From NCBI GenBank assembly GCA_963666285.1, contig OY762711.1: a stretch of 64,000 nucleotides of DNA; one strand, written 5' to 3'. The notes beneath the pieces are model-generated. The model ran no database searches, was not told where the DNA came from, and saw nothing but the letters and a program-made list of their open reading frames with translations. Position numbers and translations under genes: made by a program. The stretch comes from Sedimentisphaerales bacterium (GTDB taxonomy: Bacteria; Planctomycetota; Phycisphaerae; Sedimentisphaerales; SM23-30). Positions 1 to 10,967 of this stretch are shown one piece after another. Positions within the stretch are counted from its first letter, which is position 1. Each line of letters opens with the position of its first letter.

Positions 1-1182
1 CATAGTCATCAGGTTGATAATATTGCGAAGAGATTTGACAATAGCACCGCATACTATGATAGAAACACCAATCGCAACAATTGCAATAACAATACCGGAG
101 ACAGAAGAAAGATTAACAACATGATTTATAGAATCACACATATTATGAGAATCAATATCAGCTTTCTCACTGCTTTGAGTAACAAGAGCAACCTGATCAG
201 AGATTTGCTTTTCCAACATTTCCGTTAAGGAATTAACTGAACTTCTAAAATGATCAAAGGCAACAAGGGCATTATTATGACACTCTTTCCTGGATAACTG
301 GCTGTTGATACTCTCGGCACACAAATCAACTACAGCAACAGAATCTGCCTGCCATTTGTCAAAATACCCCTTAAGCTCGGTGTAAACAGCTTTCATATCA
401 TTATTAAAAACAGAAGCAGCTTCAGCGGTTCTATCAGCAACCTGCTGAATATTAGAGACATTATCATCAATAATCCCCTTGATTTTTTCAGGAGAATTAC
501 ACTGCAAAGCCTGTACCTGGGCAAGATAAGCCTGATACATATCCCGGTCTGCACTAAGTATCAAAGAAAAACTATCAAATAGTTTATTCATCTCATTTTT
601 AGAGAAATTTTCTCTGTCGGCAATGGATTTGATTTCATTTTCGAGCAGGTTTTCAATTTTGTCAACAGCGTTGCGCATAAAATTAAACTGTTCGATATTG
701 TTTTCCATGAGCAGTTGACGTTTATTGAAATTGTCAGCCAATTCAACAGAAATTTTGAGAGTTTTTCTGCTATTGTCTTTCCAGACCTGGTATTGCTCTT
801 CAAATACTTTATACTGCTGCTTCATGCTTTCATCAAAACCGGCAGAAGACAGATTCACACGCTGCTGAACCTGTTCAATGTTTTCCAGGTTGTCAACATC
901 AAGCTTCTGAAGCGTCTGAGTATCAGAAGTTTCCATAGCTTCAACCTGAGCCAGGTATGCCTGGTATGCATCGCGATCAGCATTCAAAAGATAGGCGATC
1001 GACTCGTTTGATTGATTGATCTCCGGAATTTCTTCCTGAACAATAGGCATAAAAACATCGTTTACAGTTTTTTCTACCTGGTCAGCGACATTGAGCATTT
1101 GGACGCGGCTGTAACCGGCAAATAAAAGTAAACCTACAACCGGAATCGAAACAGTAACTAAAATCTTTGCTTTAATAGTCAT
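1..1182 (-). CDS. Methyl-accepting chemotaxis protein-like receptor, 5' part (runs off window edge); not in ORF track
   Basis: Partly translated by hand: MTIKAKILVTVSIPVVGLLLFAG (TM1), helical periplasmic region with duplicated LxADRDxYQAYLAQV, TM2 GIVIAIVAIGVSIIVCGAIVKSLRNII at the edge. Cytoplasmic domain not visible. Confidence 0.75.
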   Translation of the reverse strand, partial: MTIKAKILVTVSIPVVGLLLFAGYSRVQMLNVADQVEKTVNDVFMPIVQEEIPEINQSNESIAYLLNADRDAYQAYLAQVEAMETSDTQTLQKLDVDNLENIEQVQQRVNLSSAGFDESMKQQYKVFEEQYQVWKDNSRKTLKISVELADNFNKRQLLMENNIEQFNFMRNAVDKIENLLENEIKSIADRENFSKNEMNKLFDSFSLILSADRDMYQAYLAQVQALQCNSPEKIKGIIDDNVSNIQQVADRTAEAASVFNNDMKAVYTELKGYFDKWQADSVAVVDLCAESINSQLSRKECHNNALVAFDHFRSSVNSLTEMLEKQISDQVALVTQSSEKADIDSHNMCDSINHVVNLSSVSGIVIAIVAIGVSIIVCGAIVKSLRNIINLMTM

Positions 1183-1707
1183 CTTTAACAACTCTTTCTC
1201 TATGAAACAATTAACAATTTATTAACATTCGTGCCTTACGAATATTAAGTCTGACTTTCAGATGGCGAAGTTTAACATCGGGCATAGATAAATAACTTTT
1301 TTTCCTAAATTTTAACGTTTCTATGAAAAAAAAACACAGATAAGTTTTTTCAAAAAAACTAATTAAAACATAAAAACAGCGATAACAGAACAAAGGGAAT
1401 TATGTAAATATAAAAAAAAATAGAAGCGGCAGGAATAATTATAGGACTTTAACCTTTATGTAATTCATACTAAAAACACATTATTGGACGCAAAGAAGTG
1501 TAGTACTAAAACTAGCAATTAATAATGCAGAGAACCCACATTAATAAAGAATTTTTAACATTTCTTCTGATTCTTGATATTCAGAGTAATTCAGCAGTCT
1601 AACTTTCAGGATTAACTTAATATTAATCTTGCTTCATCTGCTATAATTATTATATGATATCACTTTCGATGCAATGTCGAAGAATACATAACTATATGGA
1701 GAAAATA

Positions 1708-3033
1708 ATGTTAGCAAAAGCAAGAGTTTGGAAATACGTGGTATTGTGCCTGCTGCTGATAAGTGCAACACTATCAGCAAAGGCCAAAAATGTGATACTT
1801 ATGATAGCAGACGGCGGCGGAATAAACGAAAATGCCGCGGCAAGCTATTACGAATATGGCGAGATCGGTCACCAGGTATATGACAAGCCGGTCGGCAGCC
1901 ATAAATGGGTGCGGCTGGGCTGTACAACATACAGTGCAGGCGGAGAATATAACCCGGAGAAGATGTGGTCAGATTTCAATCACCAACTGCATGGATATAC
2001 CGACTCGGCAGCAGCAGCGTCAGCATTAAATACCGGGACAAGGGTAACCAACGGTCGAATCAACATGACAGACGATGGCATTCCACTTGACACCTTTGCA
2101 AAAGATGTCGTTCAAACAGGACGATCAGCAGGTATAGTAACAGATGTTCCAATGGCACACGCAACACCATCCGGAGTCTGGGGCCATAATATGGACAGAA
2201 ATAACATCCCAGAACTTTTTAGCGAAATCGCCTTTAACTCTCCCGGTTTGAAGGTTGCTATCGGGGCCGGTAACCCGAGATATGACAATGATGGTAAAAG
2301 GCAGGACGAGTATAATGATTCCGGGTATTTTCCAGCTAAAGCAGACTGGCAGAAGCTACACTCTAAACGTAATGACGGCTGGTATTTCACAAGTAAGCGT
2401 TACGATGTTCTAGCCATTGCCAACCAGGAGAAGAAAGTTGACCGGCTATTCGTGGTACCTCAAGTTGGCGAAACATTCCAGGCCAGACGCAGCGGAAAGG
2501 GATTTGAACCTTTGACTGATACCGTCCCGCGTTTATCTGAATGCGCAAGAGCAGCGTTAGAAACACTGAATCAAAATGATAAAGGTTTTTACCTAATGAT
2601 AGAAGGCGGAGCTATTGACTGGGAAGGTCACGCCAATAACCTGGAAAGAAATATTCAACAGTATATGCTGTTTAATAAAACTGTTAAAGAAGTTGTGGCA
2701 TGGGTAGAAGCAAACAGCAGCTTTGACGAGACTCTTTTGATTGTTACCGCAGACCATGAAACCGGCGGTTTGTGGGGTACAAAGGGCAATTTTGAACCTA
2801 TTGGCAACAATGGAAAAGGAAAGCTGCCAACCGCAAACTTTAACAGCGGCAACCACAGTAACCAGTTGGTACCACTATTTGCTATCGGCGCAGGAAGCGA
2901 AAAATTCCTTGAACTGATAGACGGTAAAGATCTGAAAGCAGCAGAAACCTATAAAGCACTTGTAGGCTGGGAAGGTGATTATGTTGAAAACGTCGATATT
3001 TATACTGTGATGAAAAACAGCATAAAAGAATAA
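1708..3033 (+). CDS. phoA: Alkaline phosphatase, secreted
   Basis: Signal peptide; KNVILMIADG, TDSAAAASA (catalytic Ser), HATPS, EGGAIDWEGH, TADHETGG. ATG at 1708 follows GGAG. Confidence 0.9.
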   Translation: MLAKARVWKYVVLCLLLISATLSAKAKNVILMIADGGGINENAAASYYEYGEIGHQVYDKPVGSHKWVRLGCTTYSAGGEYNPEKMWSDFNHQLHGYTDSAAAASALNTGTRVTNGRINMTDDGIPLDTFAKDVVQTGRSAGIVTDVPMAHATPSGVWGHNMDRNNIPELFSEIAFNSPGLKVAIGAGNPRYDNDGKRQDEYNDSGYFPAKADWQKLHSKRNDGWYFTSKRYDVLAIANQEKKVDRLFVVPQVGETFQARRSGKGFEPLTDTVPRLSECARAALETLNQNDKGFYLMIEGGAIDWEGHANNLERNIQQYMLFNKTVKEVVAWVEANSSFDETLLIVTADHETGGLWGTKGNFEPIGNNGKGKLPTANFNSGNHSNQLVPLFAIGAGSEKFLELIDGKDLKAAETYKALVGWEGDYVENVDIYTVMKNSIKE

Positions 3034-3053
3034 ACTTTTACAGATATAAAAAC

Positions 3054-3096
3054 AAAAAGAGAAGCAAGGTTATATACCGCCCTGCTTCTCTTTTTT
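3054..3096. terminator. Bidirectional intrinsic terminator between phoA and PPIase gene
   Basis: AAAAAGAGAAGCA...TGCTTCTCTTTTTT inverted repeat between convergent genes. Confidence 0.8.
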
Positions 3097-3112
3097 ATAC
3101 TTCAAAAAATAA

Positions 3113-3541
3113 TCAAGCAATTTCAACCAGCTCAATCTCAAAAGTCAGATCTTCGCCGGCAAGCTGATGGTTACCATCAAGCGTGATATGGGTTTCAGTG
3201 ATTTTGGTAACAGTAACCGGCACAGCCTGGCCGTTGGGCTGAGGAAGATTGAACATCATCCCAACTTCAACTTTCATATCATCCGGAAAATGCTCTTTGG
3301 GAGCTTCCAATACCATATCATCGGTTTTTTGGCCATAGGCTTCATCGCAAGGAATTTCAATGGTTTTCTTTTCGCCAACTTCCATACCTTCGACAGCATT
3401 ATCGAATCCCGGAATCATCATCCCGGCGGCAACTTCAAATTCAAGCGGTTCGCGGCCATGCGAACAATCAAATTCTGTGCCGTCTTTTAGTGTGCCGCGA
3501 TAATGTACTTTAACTGTATCGCCTTTTTTTGCCTGTGCCAT
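3113..3541 (-). CDS. FKBP-type peptidyl-prolyl isomerase, SlyD/FkpB-like (no His-rich tail)
   Basis: VKVHYRGTLKDGTEFD, MIPGFD, AYG, LDGNHQLAGEDLTFEIEL. Confidence 0.9.
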   Translation of the reverse strand: MAQAKKGDTVKVHYRGTLKDGTEFDCSHGREPLEFEVAAGMMIPGFDNAVEGMEVGEKKTIEIPCDEAYGQKTDDMVLEAPKEHFPDDMKVEVGMMFNLPQPNGQAVPVTVTKITETHITLDGNHQLAGEDLTFEIELVEIA

Positions 3542-4229
3542 TTATCATACCTCTAATTTTGGGCGTTATATTTTTTTCGCTATCTACTTTGAAGCGATGC
3601 AACATTTGCATTGGCATATCAGCGGGCAAAGATGCTTATTTCGTGTACCCATATGCCTGGTGATGCAAATACAATAAAAACATACATTTACGCCAAAACT
3701 CACAGCAAAAACAGGTATCCTGCCATAAGAACGGGAAAAAATGCATTACTAATTACACAGGATATAGGAAGTGCCGCTGAATAGCAAGAATATATACAGA
3801 AGGATGCGACAGCTGCCGGATATGAGCGACGAGAAAACATCGCAACAGGAAAAAATGTAATCAAATGTAAAATAAAGACTTAAGTGGAAAAGTTGTTTTT
3901 CATTGAAAGTGATTATAAGCCTGAAAAACAAAAAAACCGTAAAACCATAAACTGCAACTCCTTATAAATGATAGAATAGGTATTGTTGACATTTTTTGAA
4001 AAATCGTAACAGATTAACTATAAACTAATTTGCAAAATTTAATATTTAGATTATCATATAGCTTCGAAAAGAGTAAGTAATTCTTAGGTATTCAACCTGC
4101 TACACACCTGGTGAAAGATTTACCCAATTATTTTGTCTTTCTGCATTAATTGAATTCAAATGTATTGTTCATAAGTACATATTCAGTTAAGGGTATATCT
4201 ATGGATGTGAAAGAGAATACAAAGGAGCT

Positions 4230-5546
4230 ATGAGAATAATCTATATGCTATGTCTCGTGCTCGTCTGTCTTTTTTCCTCCCTGGTGCAAGCCGAAATCGG
4301 AGGGCTATTGGGCAGCGGTACGGCAATAGATCCATACCTGATAGAAAACCGTGAAGATCTCATGAGGTTCTCTAACAGCAGCTATGCGCATAAATACTGG
4401 CAAGCCGGTGTTTATGTTCGTTTGAAAGCTGATATAGAACTGAATACCAGCAGTACTACTGCACTGGCTGCCCCAGATTCAAAAGAGGACTTACCATATT
4501 CATATAACGGGGCAGGATTTGCCGGAATATTTGACGGCTGCGGCCATACCATATCCAATCTTAATATTGTCACAGAAGATCATCTGACAGAATACCTGGG
4601 ATTATTTGGAAAAGTAACCGGAACGGTCAGGAATTTAAAGCTGACTAACCTTATGATAATTACTCGAAATTCGATTAATTATGCCGGAGGTATCTGCGGC
4701 ATGAACGAAGGCGGCGAGATATCAAACTGCAGTATAAGCGGAATAATAATAACCAAAAGCAACTGCTACTACCTGGGCGGCATCTGCGGCGGCAATTATG
4801 GCGGTAAGATAACAGAGTGTCAGTCTGACTGCCTGATAAGAAGCGGCAGCTACTGCTGGTACCTTGGAGGGATATCAGGTTATAATGAACAGGGATATAT
4901 TTCCCGAAGTTTCGCTGAATATCGAATCTCTTCGGATAATTGCGGAATGGGACTGGGCGGGATATGCGGAGCCAATACCAAATCCGGTGTTGTAAGTAAC
5001 AGCTACGCAAATGGTAAAATATACTGCATGAAAAGAAACACTTTTGTCGGCGGTTTATGCGGGCTGAACAGCCATGGAGGCTACATTTTGAATAGCTATT
5101 CCGTGGGTGAAATACAAGCCGACTATGCAGTTGAACATTCAGGCGGATTGTGCGGCAGTAATACAGGCAGGATAAAAAACAGTTTCTGGGATACCGATAG
5201 TGGCGGAACAACCGGCAGCGGCGGTACAGGACTGGCAAATGCGGAAATGCGTCAACCAGCCACTTTTGCTAATGCCGGGTGGAGCGTTTACAGCAATAAA
5301 GGCAATGAAGCTATCTGGCAGGTTAATGAAGGAGAATACCCGGTATTAATTTGGGGGGTAAAAAACCCGACAGCTGATATTAATGGAGATGGAAAAGTTG
5401 ATATTCTGGACTTTGGCTGCTTTTCGGTAAGATGGCTGGAGGAACAATGCCAGGATAAGAACTGGTGTGACGGGACAGATATTGATATGTCAGGCGAAGT
5501 AGACCGCCGGGACCTGGAGTGTATTTTGGAAAAATGGTTGGAATAG
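4230..5546 (+). CDS. Secreted GLUG-repeat protein with C-terminal dockerin-like domain
   Basis: Signal peptide; GSGTAIDPYLI; repeated GGICGxN; C-terminal DINGDGKVD / DIDMSGEVD..W. Confidence 0.8.
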   Translation: MRIIYMLCLVLVCLFSSLVQAEIGGLLGSGTAIDPYLIENREDLMRFSNSSYAHKYWQAGVYVRLKADIELNTSSTTALAAPDSKEDLPYSYNGAGFAGIFDGCGHTISNLNIVTEDHLTEYLGLFGKVTGTVRNLKLTNLMIITRNSINYAGGICGMNEGGEISNCSISGIIITKSNCYYLGGICGGNYGGKITECQSDCLIRSGSYCWYLGGISGYNEQGYISRSFAEYRISSDNCGMGLGGICGANTKSGVVSNSYANGKIYCMKRNTFVGGLCGLNSHGGYILNSYSVGEIQADYAVEHSGGLCGSNTGRIKNSFWDTDSGGTTGSGGTGLANAEMRQPATFANAGWSVYSNKGNEAIWQVNEGEYPVLIWGVKNPTADINGDGKVDILDFGCFSVRWLEEQCQDKNWCDGTDIDMSGEVDRRDLECILEKWLE

Positions 5547-5579
5547 TGGTAGATTGAAATGGTATTTGGCTGAATTGAT

Positions 5580-5610
5580 AAAAGGCCCGGACGAGATATC
5601 CGAGCCTTTT
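5580..5610. terminator. Intrinsic terminator between convergent genes
   Basis: AAAAGGCCCGGA...TCCGAGCCTTTT. Confidence 0.65.
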
Positions 5611-5688
5611 AACTATATAAAGTAATGCGGGGAACGCTTGAACGTTTAGTCAATTAATAGTTAAACGCTCATTATCATAAAACCTGTT

Positions 5689-7578
5689 TTACAGCAGTTT
5701 TTCAAAATCTTCAACCTCGCCGCCATTCAGACAGCATTTGATAATATCAACACCCAGCTGGTCAAGTTCAGGATGGAGAATCTTTTTGAGTTCCTTCTCG
5801 AAGAATCTGTATAACATACCTGATCCCCGATCATAGCCATCATTACCAATCTCACGCTGTAAGTTCGTCTGGAGCAGCCATTCCGGAATCGGAGTGCCTT
5901 CAACCTGCATAGAGTTGAGAGCATAGCCAAGCAGCGTACAACGAGCTTCAGTAATCTGTTTATCCCTGAATTTAGCCTCGCCTCTTCTGCCAAGATATTC
6001 TCTTGATATCCACTGCGGCATAAAACCAGTTGCCCAGCAGCCAACATGCTGATTGGGAATAAGGACATATCGAACCTTTTCGGTCTGCTGCATTTGTCTG
6101 AGCAGCAGGTTTGCCTGGTCAACAACACGACCGGTAGCAAACGGCCAGTATGAACCGACACCTTCACTAACAATGCCGGCATCATCATCAGCAGTAACAC
6201 TTGGGTTGCCGTGCCCGCGAGGAGCAACCAGTCGCCATAGCCACGCAAGAGCAGGCGGAAGAATATGCAGGTAACCGAGAATACCGTAGCTTGGATTTTC
6301 GCGGGTACAAGGAGGAGTTCGCACACCAAAACTTCTAATCATAACATCGGCAGGCTCTTTAACAGCATCAGGCACATATTCACGCGGCATAATAACACGC
6401 GGGTTCGGGCAAGGACTGCCGGGTTCATCCATAGTATGCTGCCAGATAAGAGCGGTGGCATCCGGCGCAGAGTCAATATTAAGAAATATCAAAGGGGCCG
6501 GAGGATGAACAGTAAGGCCTTCCAGATGCGGGTCTGTGCCGTATTTGTCAATGTGGTTAACGCGCAGGAACCATGCCGCCTCAGCATCCCTGACACGCAG
6601 GTATCCATCAGTCTTTTCAGATACCGGATAGGTAAGAGCCATATCATCGGTTACCGGGTAGAGGCGACATGTCTGATTGATATTAAGCGTACGCTCTTCG
6701 CCATTGAGAATATTTTTGGCGATAAGCAGACGACCATCATCTTCACGGTGCGGATATTCGAGCATCTCACTCTTTCCACCACCGGAAGCACCTTCGTGCA
6801 TAATGGTTGTAATATTATCATATGGAGTTTCAACCTGAACGGTTGAAGCATGCAGCGTCGGCCAGTCTTCAGCTTCACCAAGCGTAAGCAGAACACCGTA
6901 AACCCCCTTCTTGGCACTTGGGCCGGGATAGAGGTTATAAGCAAATACCTCGTGAACATCACTGAGCCGGTTATGAACAACAACCTGTTTTCCGTCAAAA
7001 TGAGTGTGTCGGAAAGGAGGCGCAAGATATATCACACTACAGAATTTGAAATCTTCCGGAACTTCATTCGGGTCAACCATACCCTGCAGGTCGGCCAGCC
7101 CGCCAATAAAGAAACCGGCATTCTTAGGAGAAATAAGTATGCCGCCCTTTTTAACAGTATTGTCCATACTTGCCAGTTTGAATATGGTAACAACTATATC
7201 CTGACTTTTAAGCCAATCGAAGGTATCATCACGGGTGAGGTCAAATGTAGTACCAAATTTATCAAGATAAGTCTGCTTGTCAGTTTGTTTATCATCAGCA
7301 ATATACATGCAGCCTGGATCACGCCGACGCATATACTGCTCGGTATAATTAACGACAAGTCCGTTACGCACTTTAGTTACTGTAGCTTCGAGATAATCTT
7401 TACCATCAACCGGGTAAGAAACCTCAAATGTGCCCTGTTCCATACCACCCATAGCCAGCGATAAGATCTCTTCGCGGTTTTTCGGCATGGTAACTGATTT
7501 TGCCCCTGACATAATTTCTTTGATCTGCTTTGGCAGATTAAGATTTTGCCAGGATTTGATAAAATTTACTTTCTTCAT
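5689..7578 (-). CDS. DUF4914-type protein with PEP-carboxykinase-like motifs
   Basis: YPGPSAKKG, LHAS, GASGGGKSE P-loop, VTDDM, NPR in PEPCK order; family name recalled, not searched. Confidence 0.7.
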   Translation of the reverse strand: MKKVNFIKSWQNLNLPKQIKEIMSGAKSVTMPKNREEILSLAMGGMEQGTFEVSYPVDGKDYLEATVTKVRNGLVVNYTEQYMRRRDPGCMYIADDKQTDKQTYLDKFGTTFDLTRDDTFDWLKSQDIVVTIFKLASMDNTVKKGGILISPKNAGFFIGGLADLQGMVDPNEVPEDFKFCSVIYLAPPFRHTHFDGKQVVVHNRLSDVHEVFAYNLYPGPSAKKGVYGVLLTLGEAEDWPTLHASTVQVETPYDNITTIMHEGASGGGKSEMLEYPHREDDGRLLIAKNILNGEERTLNINQTCRLYPVTDDMALTYPVSEKTDGYLRVRDAEAAWFLRVNHIDKYGTDPHLEGLTVHPPAPLIFLNIDSAPDATALIWQHTMDEPGSPCPNPRVIMPREYVPDAVKEPADVMIRSFGVRTPPCTRENPSYGILGYLHILPPALAWLWRLVAPRGHGNPSVTADDDAGIVSEGVGSYWPFATGRVVDQANLLLRQMQQTEKVRYVLIPNQHVGCWATGFMPQWISREYLGRRGEAKFRDKQITEARCTLLGYALNSMQVEGTPIPEWLLQTNLQREIGNDGYDRGSGMLYRFFEKELKKILHPELDQLGVDIIKCCLNGGEVEDFEKLL

Positions 7579-8005
7579 GGTTTTTCTCTACTTTTACTGT
7601 CATTCCGTACAGCATCTGTATGTACAGACTGCTTACCTTAGGTAATTTTAGGGAAATTCCGGTATTTAATGCGGGGTTCCATACCAAAATCAACACAATC
7701 CGGAATAATAGGCCGGCGATATAATCGCGTGTAAATTTTGCCTGTAAAGTACTTTGCGAGACTAATACTGCCTGCCCAATACTAACGAAATGTGGCAAAT
7801 CGATATAATATTATCGACAAAACAGAAAAAAGTCAAGAAAAAAACAGATTCTGGGCCTACCTGCCGAGAGGGAATAAATAGAAAAGTTAATCTACCAAAA
7901 CCTGAAAATCCGGCGATCAAGACATACCACGGGAATTACATAATCGAAAAAAGTGGTAGAAATAGAGGGGAAAGAACAAATGAAGAATTGCAATAATAAA
8001 CAGTA

Positions 8006-8058
8006 AAAAATCTGCCTGGTATCCGGGACAAAATAAAATGCCCCAGATACCAGACAAA
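8006..8058 (-). terminator. Intrinsic terminator after MCP gene
   Basis: Minus strand UUUGUCUGGUAUCUGGGGCA...UGUCCCGGAUACCAGGCAGA followed by a U run. Confidence 0.75.
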
Positions 8059-8082
8059 TAATCAAAACTACGAAAGTTAACT

Positions 8083-10017
8083 CTAATTAAAATCTATAAA
8101 ACTTTTTTCACTGGAAAGCCCCCAGTCATTTTCACTGGCAAATGAAGATTGGCCATTTGCGATATTATGAAAAGCTGAATCAGTTCTGCCAAATGTCTTG
8201 CCAGAATCCAGATTACCAGAAGCATTTCCACTAATGACAGAATTCAGTTCCATAACAATCTGATTCATCTGGATAGCCTGGGCACTGAGTTCTTCGGAGG
8301 CACTGGCAGATTCCTCGGCATTAGCAGAGTTCTCCTGAGTTATCTTATCCATCTGGCAGATAGCATTACTGATCTGCCCGATCCCCTGTGCCTGCTCATT
8401 ACTGGCTGCCGAGATATTACTAACCAGCTCGGCGGTTTTACCAATGTTTTCCACGATCTCATCCAAAACACAGGATACCTGCCCGGCAATTTCCACACCA
8501 TTCCTGGAATAATTAACAGCACCTTCGATCAAGGAAGAAGTGTTTTTGGCAGCTTCAGCAGAACGCATCGCCAGGTTTCTAACTTCTTCAGCAACAACAG
8601 CAAACCCTTTACCTGCCTCACCGGCACGAGCAGCTTCAACAGCAGCGTTCAAAGCCAGAAGATTGGTCTGGAAGGCAATTTCGTCGATCACTTTAATAAT
8701 CTTGGCTGTCTCATCGCTGGAATTCTGAATATCCAATATTGCCTCATTCATTTTCTGCATTTCTAAAATTCCCTGATCGGCAGACTTACTGGCTTTATCA
8801 GCAAGCTCGTTAGCAACTTTAGCATCAGCAGCACTCTGCTTTGTCATGGTTGACATTTCTTCAAGACTGGCAGATGACTCTTCCAGTCCGGCAGCCTGTT
8901 CGGTAGCACCCCTGGCAAGAGACTGAGAAGTAGAAGAAACCTGGTTAGCAGCATCGGTAACCTGTTCCGAACCTGAAGTCAGAGATGAGATTATTCTATT
9001 GATCGGCTTCACTATACCACTGGTCAAGACAAAGGCAATAATCATACCAATTACCACAGCTATCCCCGAAGAAGCTATGATCATGAAAGAGGCATTCTGT
9101 ACAATAGCCTCAGAGTCTTTTTCCAATTCCATGATCACTCCACCTACTTTGTCTCTTACAGATTTAGCATTACCCATAACCTGCCCGGCTTTTTCTTTCT
9201 GGTTCAACTGCTCCTGACGCTGAGTAGCGATACACTTACAAAAGATGTCAACCTGCTCCTTATAGCTATCCAGTGCCGGTATGGCTTTCTGAATAGCCTG
9301 CCTGGTTTTTTCAGACTTCATTATAGTTTCGGCTTTTAACAGATTTTCACGGGCCTGTCCTATATATTGTATCCATACCTTTGCCAGCTTATCCTGCTGC
9401 TCATGCTGAATAGCATTCAGACATTTATAAGATACAATATAAAAAGCATTAACAGATTCAAGACATTTATGAGCAAAAAAAGTATTTTGCACTAAATCTT
9501 TACTAACCTTACCATCTTTTTCTGTCTCCAGGGTATAAGATTCAGCAACTTCAACAATTGTATTAACACTATCCAAAACTATAGCAGCGAGTTCAGAACG
9601 AACCTTTCCGGCCTTGTTTTTTTCATTTTCCAAATTTACATAATCTTTGAAAGAATCATCATATTTTTTCATATTTTCATCAATAAGCCTGGCATCGCTT
9701 TTGATATCTGATGAAATGTCCATATTCTCAATTTCACCGGCTATATTGAGTATTATATTTGCCTGTTCTTCCTGCAGAGCTTCATATTTACTATCTTTAT
9801 AAATCACATATCTAAGACAATGAGCCTGCGTGTCCTGAGCAGCTGTTAAGATAGCGTTAGCTTTGTCAGCAACATCAACCTGCTTAACAATATTATCCAT
9901 AGCCCCAATAGTTCTTTGCAGACTGGAGTAGCCAATAAAAGCTACCAGCGACATAATCACTAATATACAAATAAAACCACCATACAACTTAACACTTAAT
10001 TTAACATTCTTCAGCAT
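8083..10017 (-). CDS. Methyl-accepting chemotaxis protein (paralog A)
   Basis: Two TMs; signalling tip [40 protein letters not shown]. Confidence 0.95.
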   Translation of the reverse strand: MLKNVKLSVKLYGGFICILVIMSLVAFIGYSSLQRTIGAMDNIVKQVDVADKANAILTAAQDTQAHCLRYVIYKDSKYEALQEEQANIILNIAGEIENMDISSDIKSDARLIDENMKKYDDSFKDYVNLENEKNKAGKVRSELAAIVLDSVNTIVEVAESYTLETEKDGKVSKDLVQNTFFAHKCLESVNAFYIVSYKCLNAIQHEQQDKLAKVWIQYIGQARENLLKAETIMKSEKTRQAIQKAIPALDSYKEQVDIFCKCIATQRQEQLNQKEKAGQVMGNAKSVRDKVGGVIMELEKDSEAIVQNASFMIIASSGIAVVIGMIIAFVLTSGIVKPINRIISSLTSGSEQVTDAANQVSSTSQSLARGATEQAAGLEESSASLEEMSTMTKQSAADAKVANELADKASKSADQGILEMQKMNEAILDIQNSSDETAKIIKVIDEIAFQTNLLALNAAVEAARAGEAGKGFAVVAEEVRNLAMRSAEAAKNTSSLIEGAVNYSRNGVEIAGQVSCVLDEIVENIGKTAELVSNISAASNEQAQGIGQISNAICQMDKITQENSANAEESASASEELSAQAIQMNQIVMELNSVISGNASGNLDSGKTFGRTDSAFHNIANGQSSFASENDWGLSSEKSFIDFN

Positions 10018-10107
10018 TACAGTCTCCTCAAGTTATCATTAACATTTCTCTTTACTCAAACAACATGAAATCTTCAGAAAAATAACAGATCATTTTCCTG
10101 ACCAATG

Positions 10108-10135
10108 CTTCGACCATAAAACCAACTGACATAAA
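10108..10135 (-). promoter_or_regulatory. Putative sigma28-like promoter of MCP A
   Basis: TTTATGTC-N12-GGTCGAAG; same motif and spacing upstream of paralog B. Confidence 0.5.
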
Positions 10136-10967
10136 CAAAATAAATGCGATATCAGGCAGAAAACACAATATCTCTACCAAAAACATTGCATTTTTATATA
10201 GAATCTTACAGAAAAATACATATACATAGATTGCAGATATTGCAATATTTCAAGAACTAGACACCCAAAAAATAACACCCAAAAAACTGCAAAAAAACAA
10301 AAAAATGTAAAAAAGCATAATGACAATTATCTGTCATAAAGTCATAATTTTAATTTTCAATTCCACATAAAATGATAATTTAAGAAAAAATGGGCAATAT
10401 TCCGACCTAACTGATAAGGTCCATGAAATAAAACATGTATGATATAACAAAAGAACTACACATTAATTAATCGCAATATTGACTTATTTTTACCATCTTA
10501 TAGAATGCACTCGCTAAAAAATAATATTTTTTCAAAAAGTTATTATAGGATTCTTCTAGATGTTTTGTATCAAAATTTATCCCCATATGCACTGTTATAT
10601 TTTGCAGTTACTCACCATAAAAATATCTATTAAACAGTATAAAAATAAGTAATTATCTAAAATAATTTTATACATAAGGATATAATGATAGCATAGACAA
10701 ATCAATGTTGACATGTCAACATCATACAAAAAACCAAACTAACCAAGAGTGCGGTTTATGCTACGCATCATATACATGGCGCACTTTTGACTGTTCAACA
10801 TTATACGCAAAGGCCGGAACAGGGCCAATTAAGTGAAAAACGAATAGTGAAAAATGAAAAATTAAGGTGTTCGACTATCGTCTCACGTTTTGTTTAATAT
10901 TAAAGCGTTGCAGGAAGGCCCTTTTAGGCGATTTTTGCAACTTAAAAACTGCGAAAGTAAACCAAGA

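Noticed and set aside
588..1011. ORFs 588..803 and 715..1011
   Set aside because: Shadows of the real minus-strand receptor gene 1..1182.
1470..1545. GGACGCAAAG resembling a c-di-GMP-I riboswitch core
   Set aside because: No upstream GGCAAA/GNRA stem and no supporting second helix.
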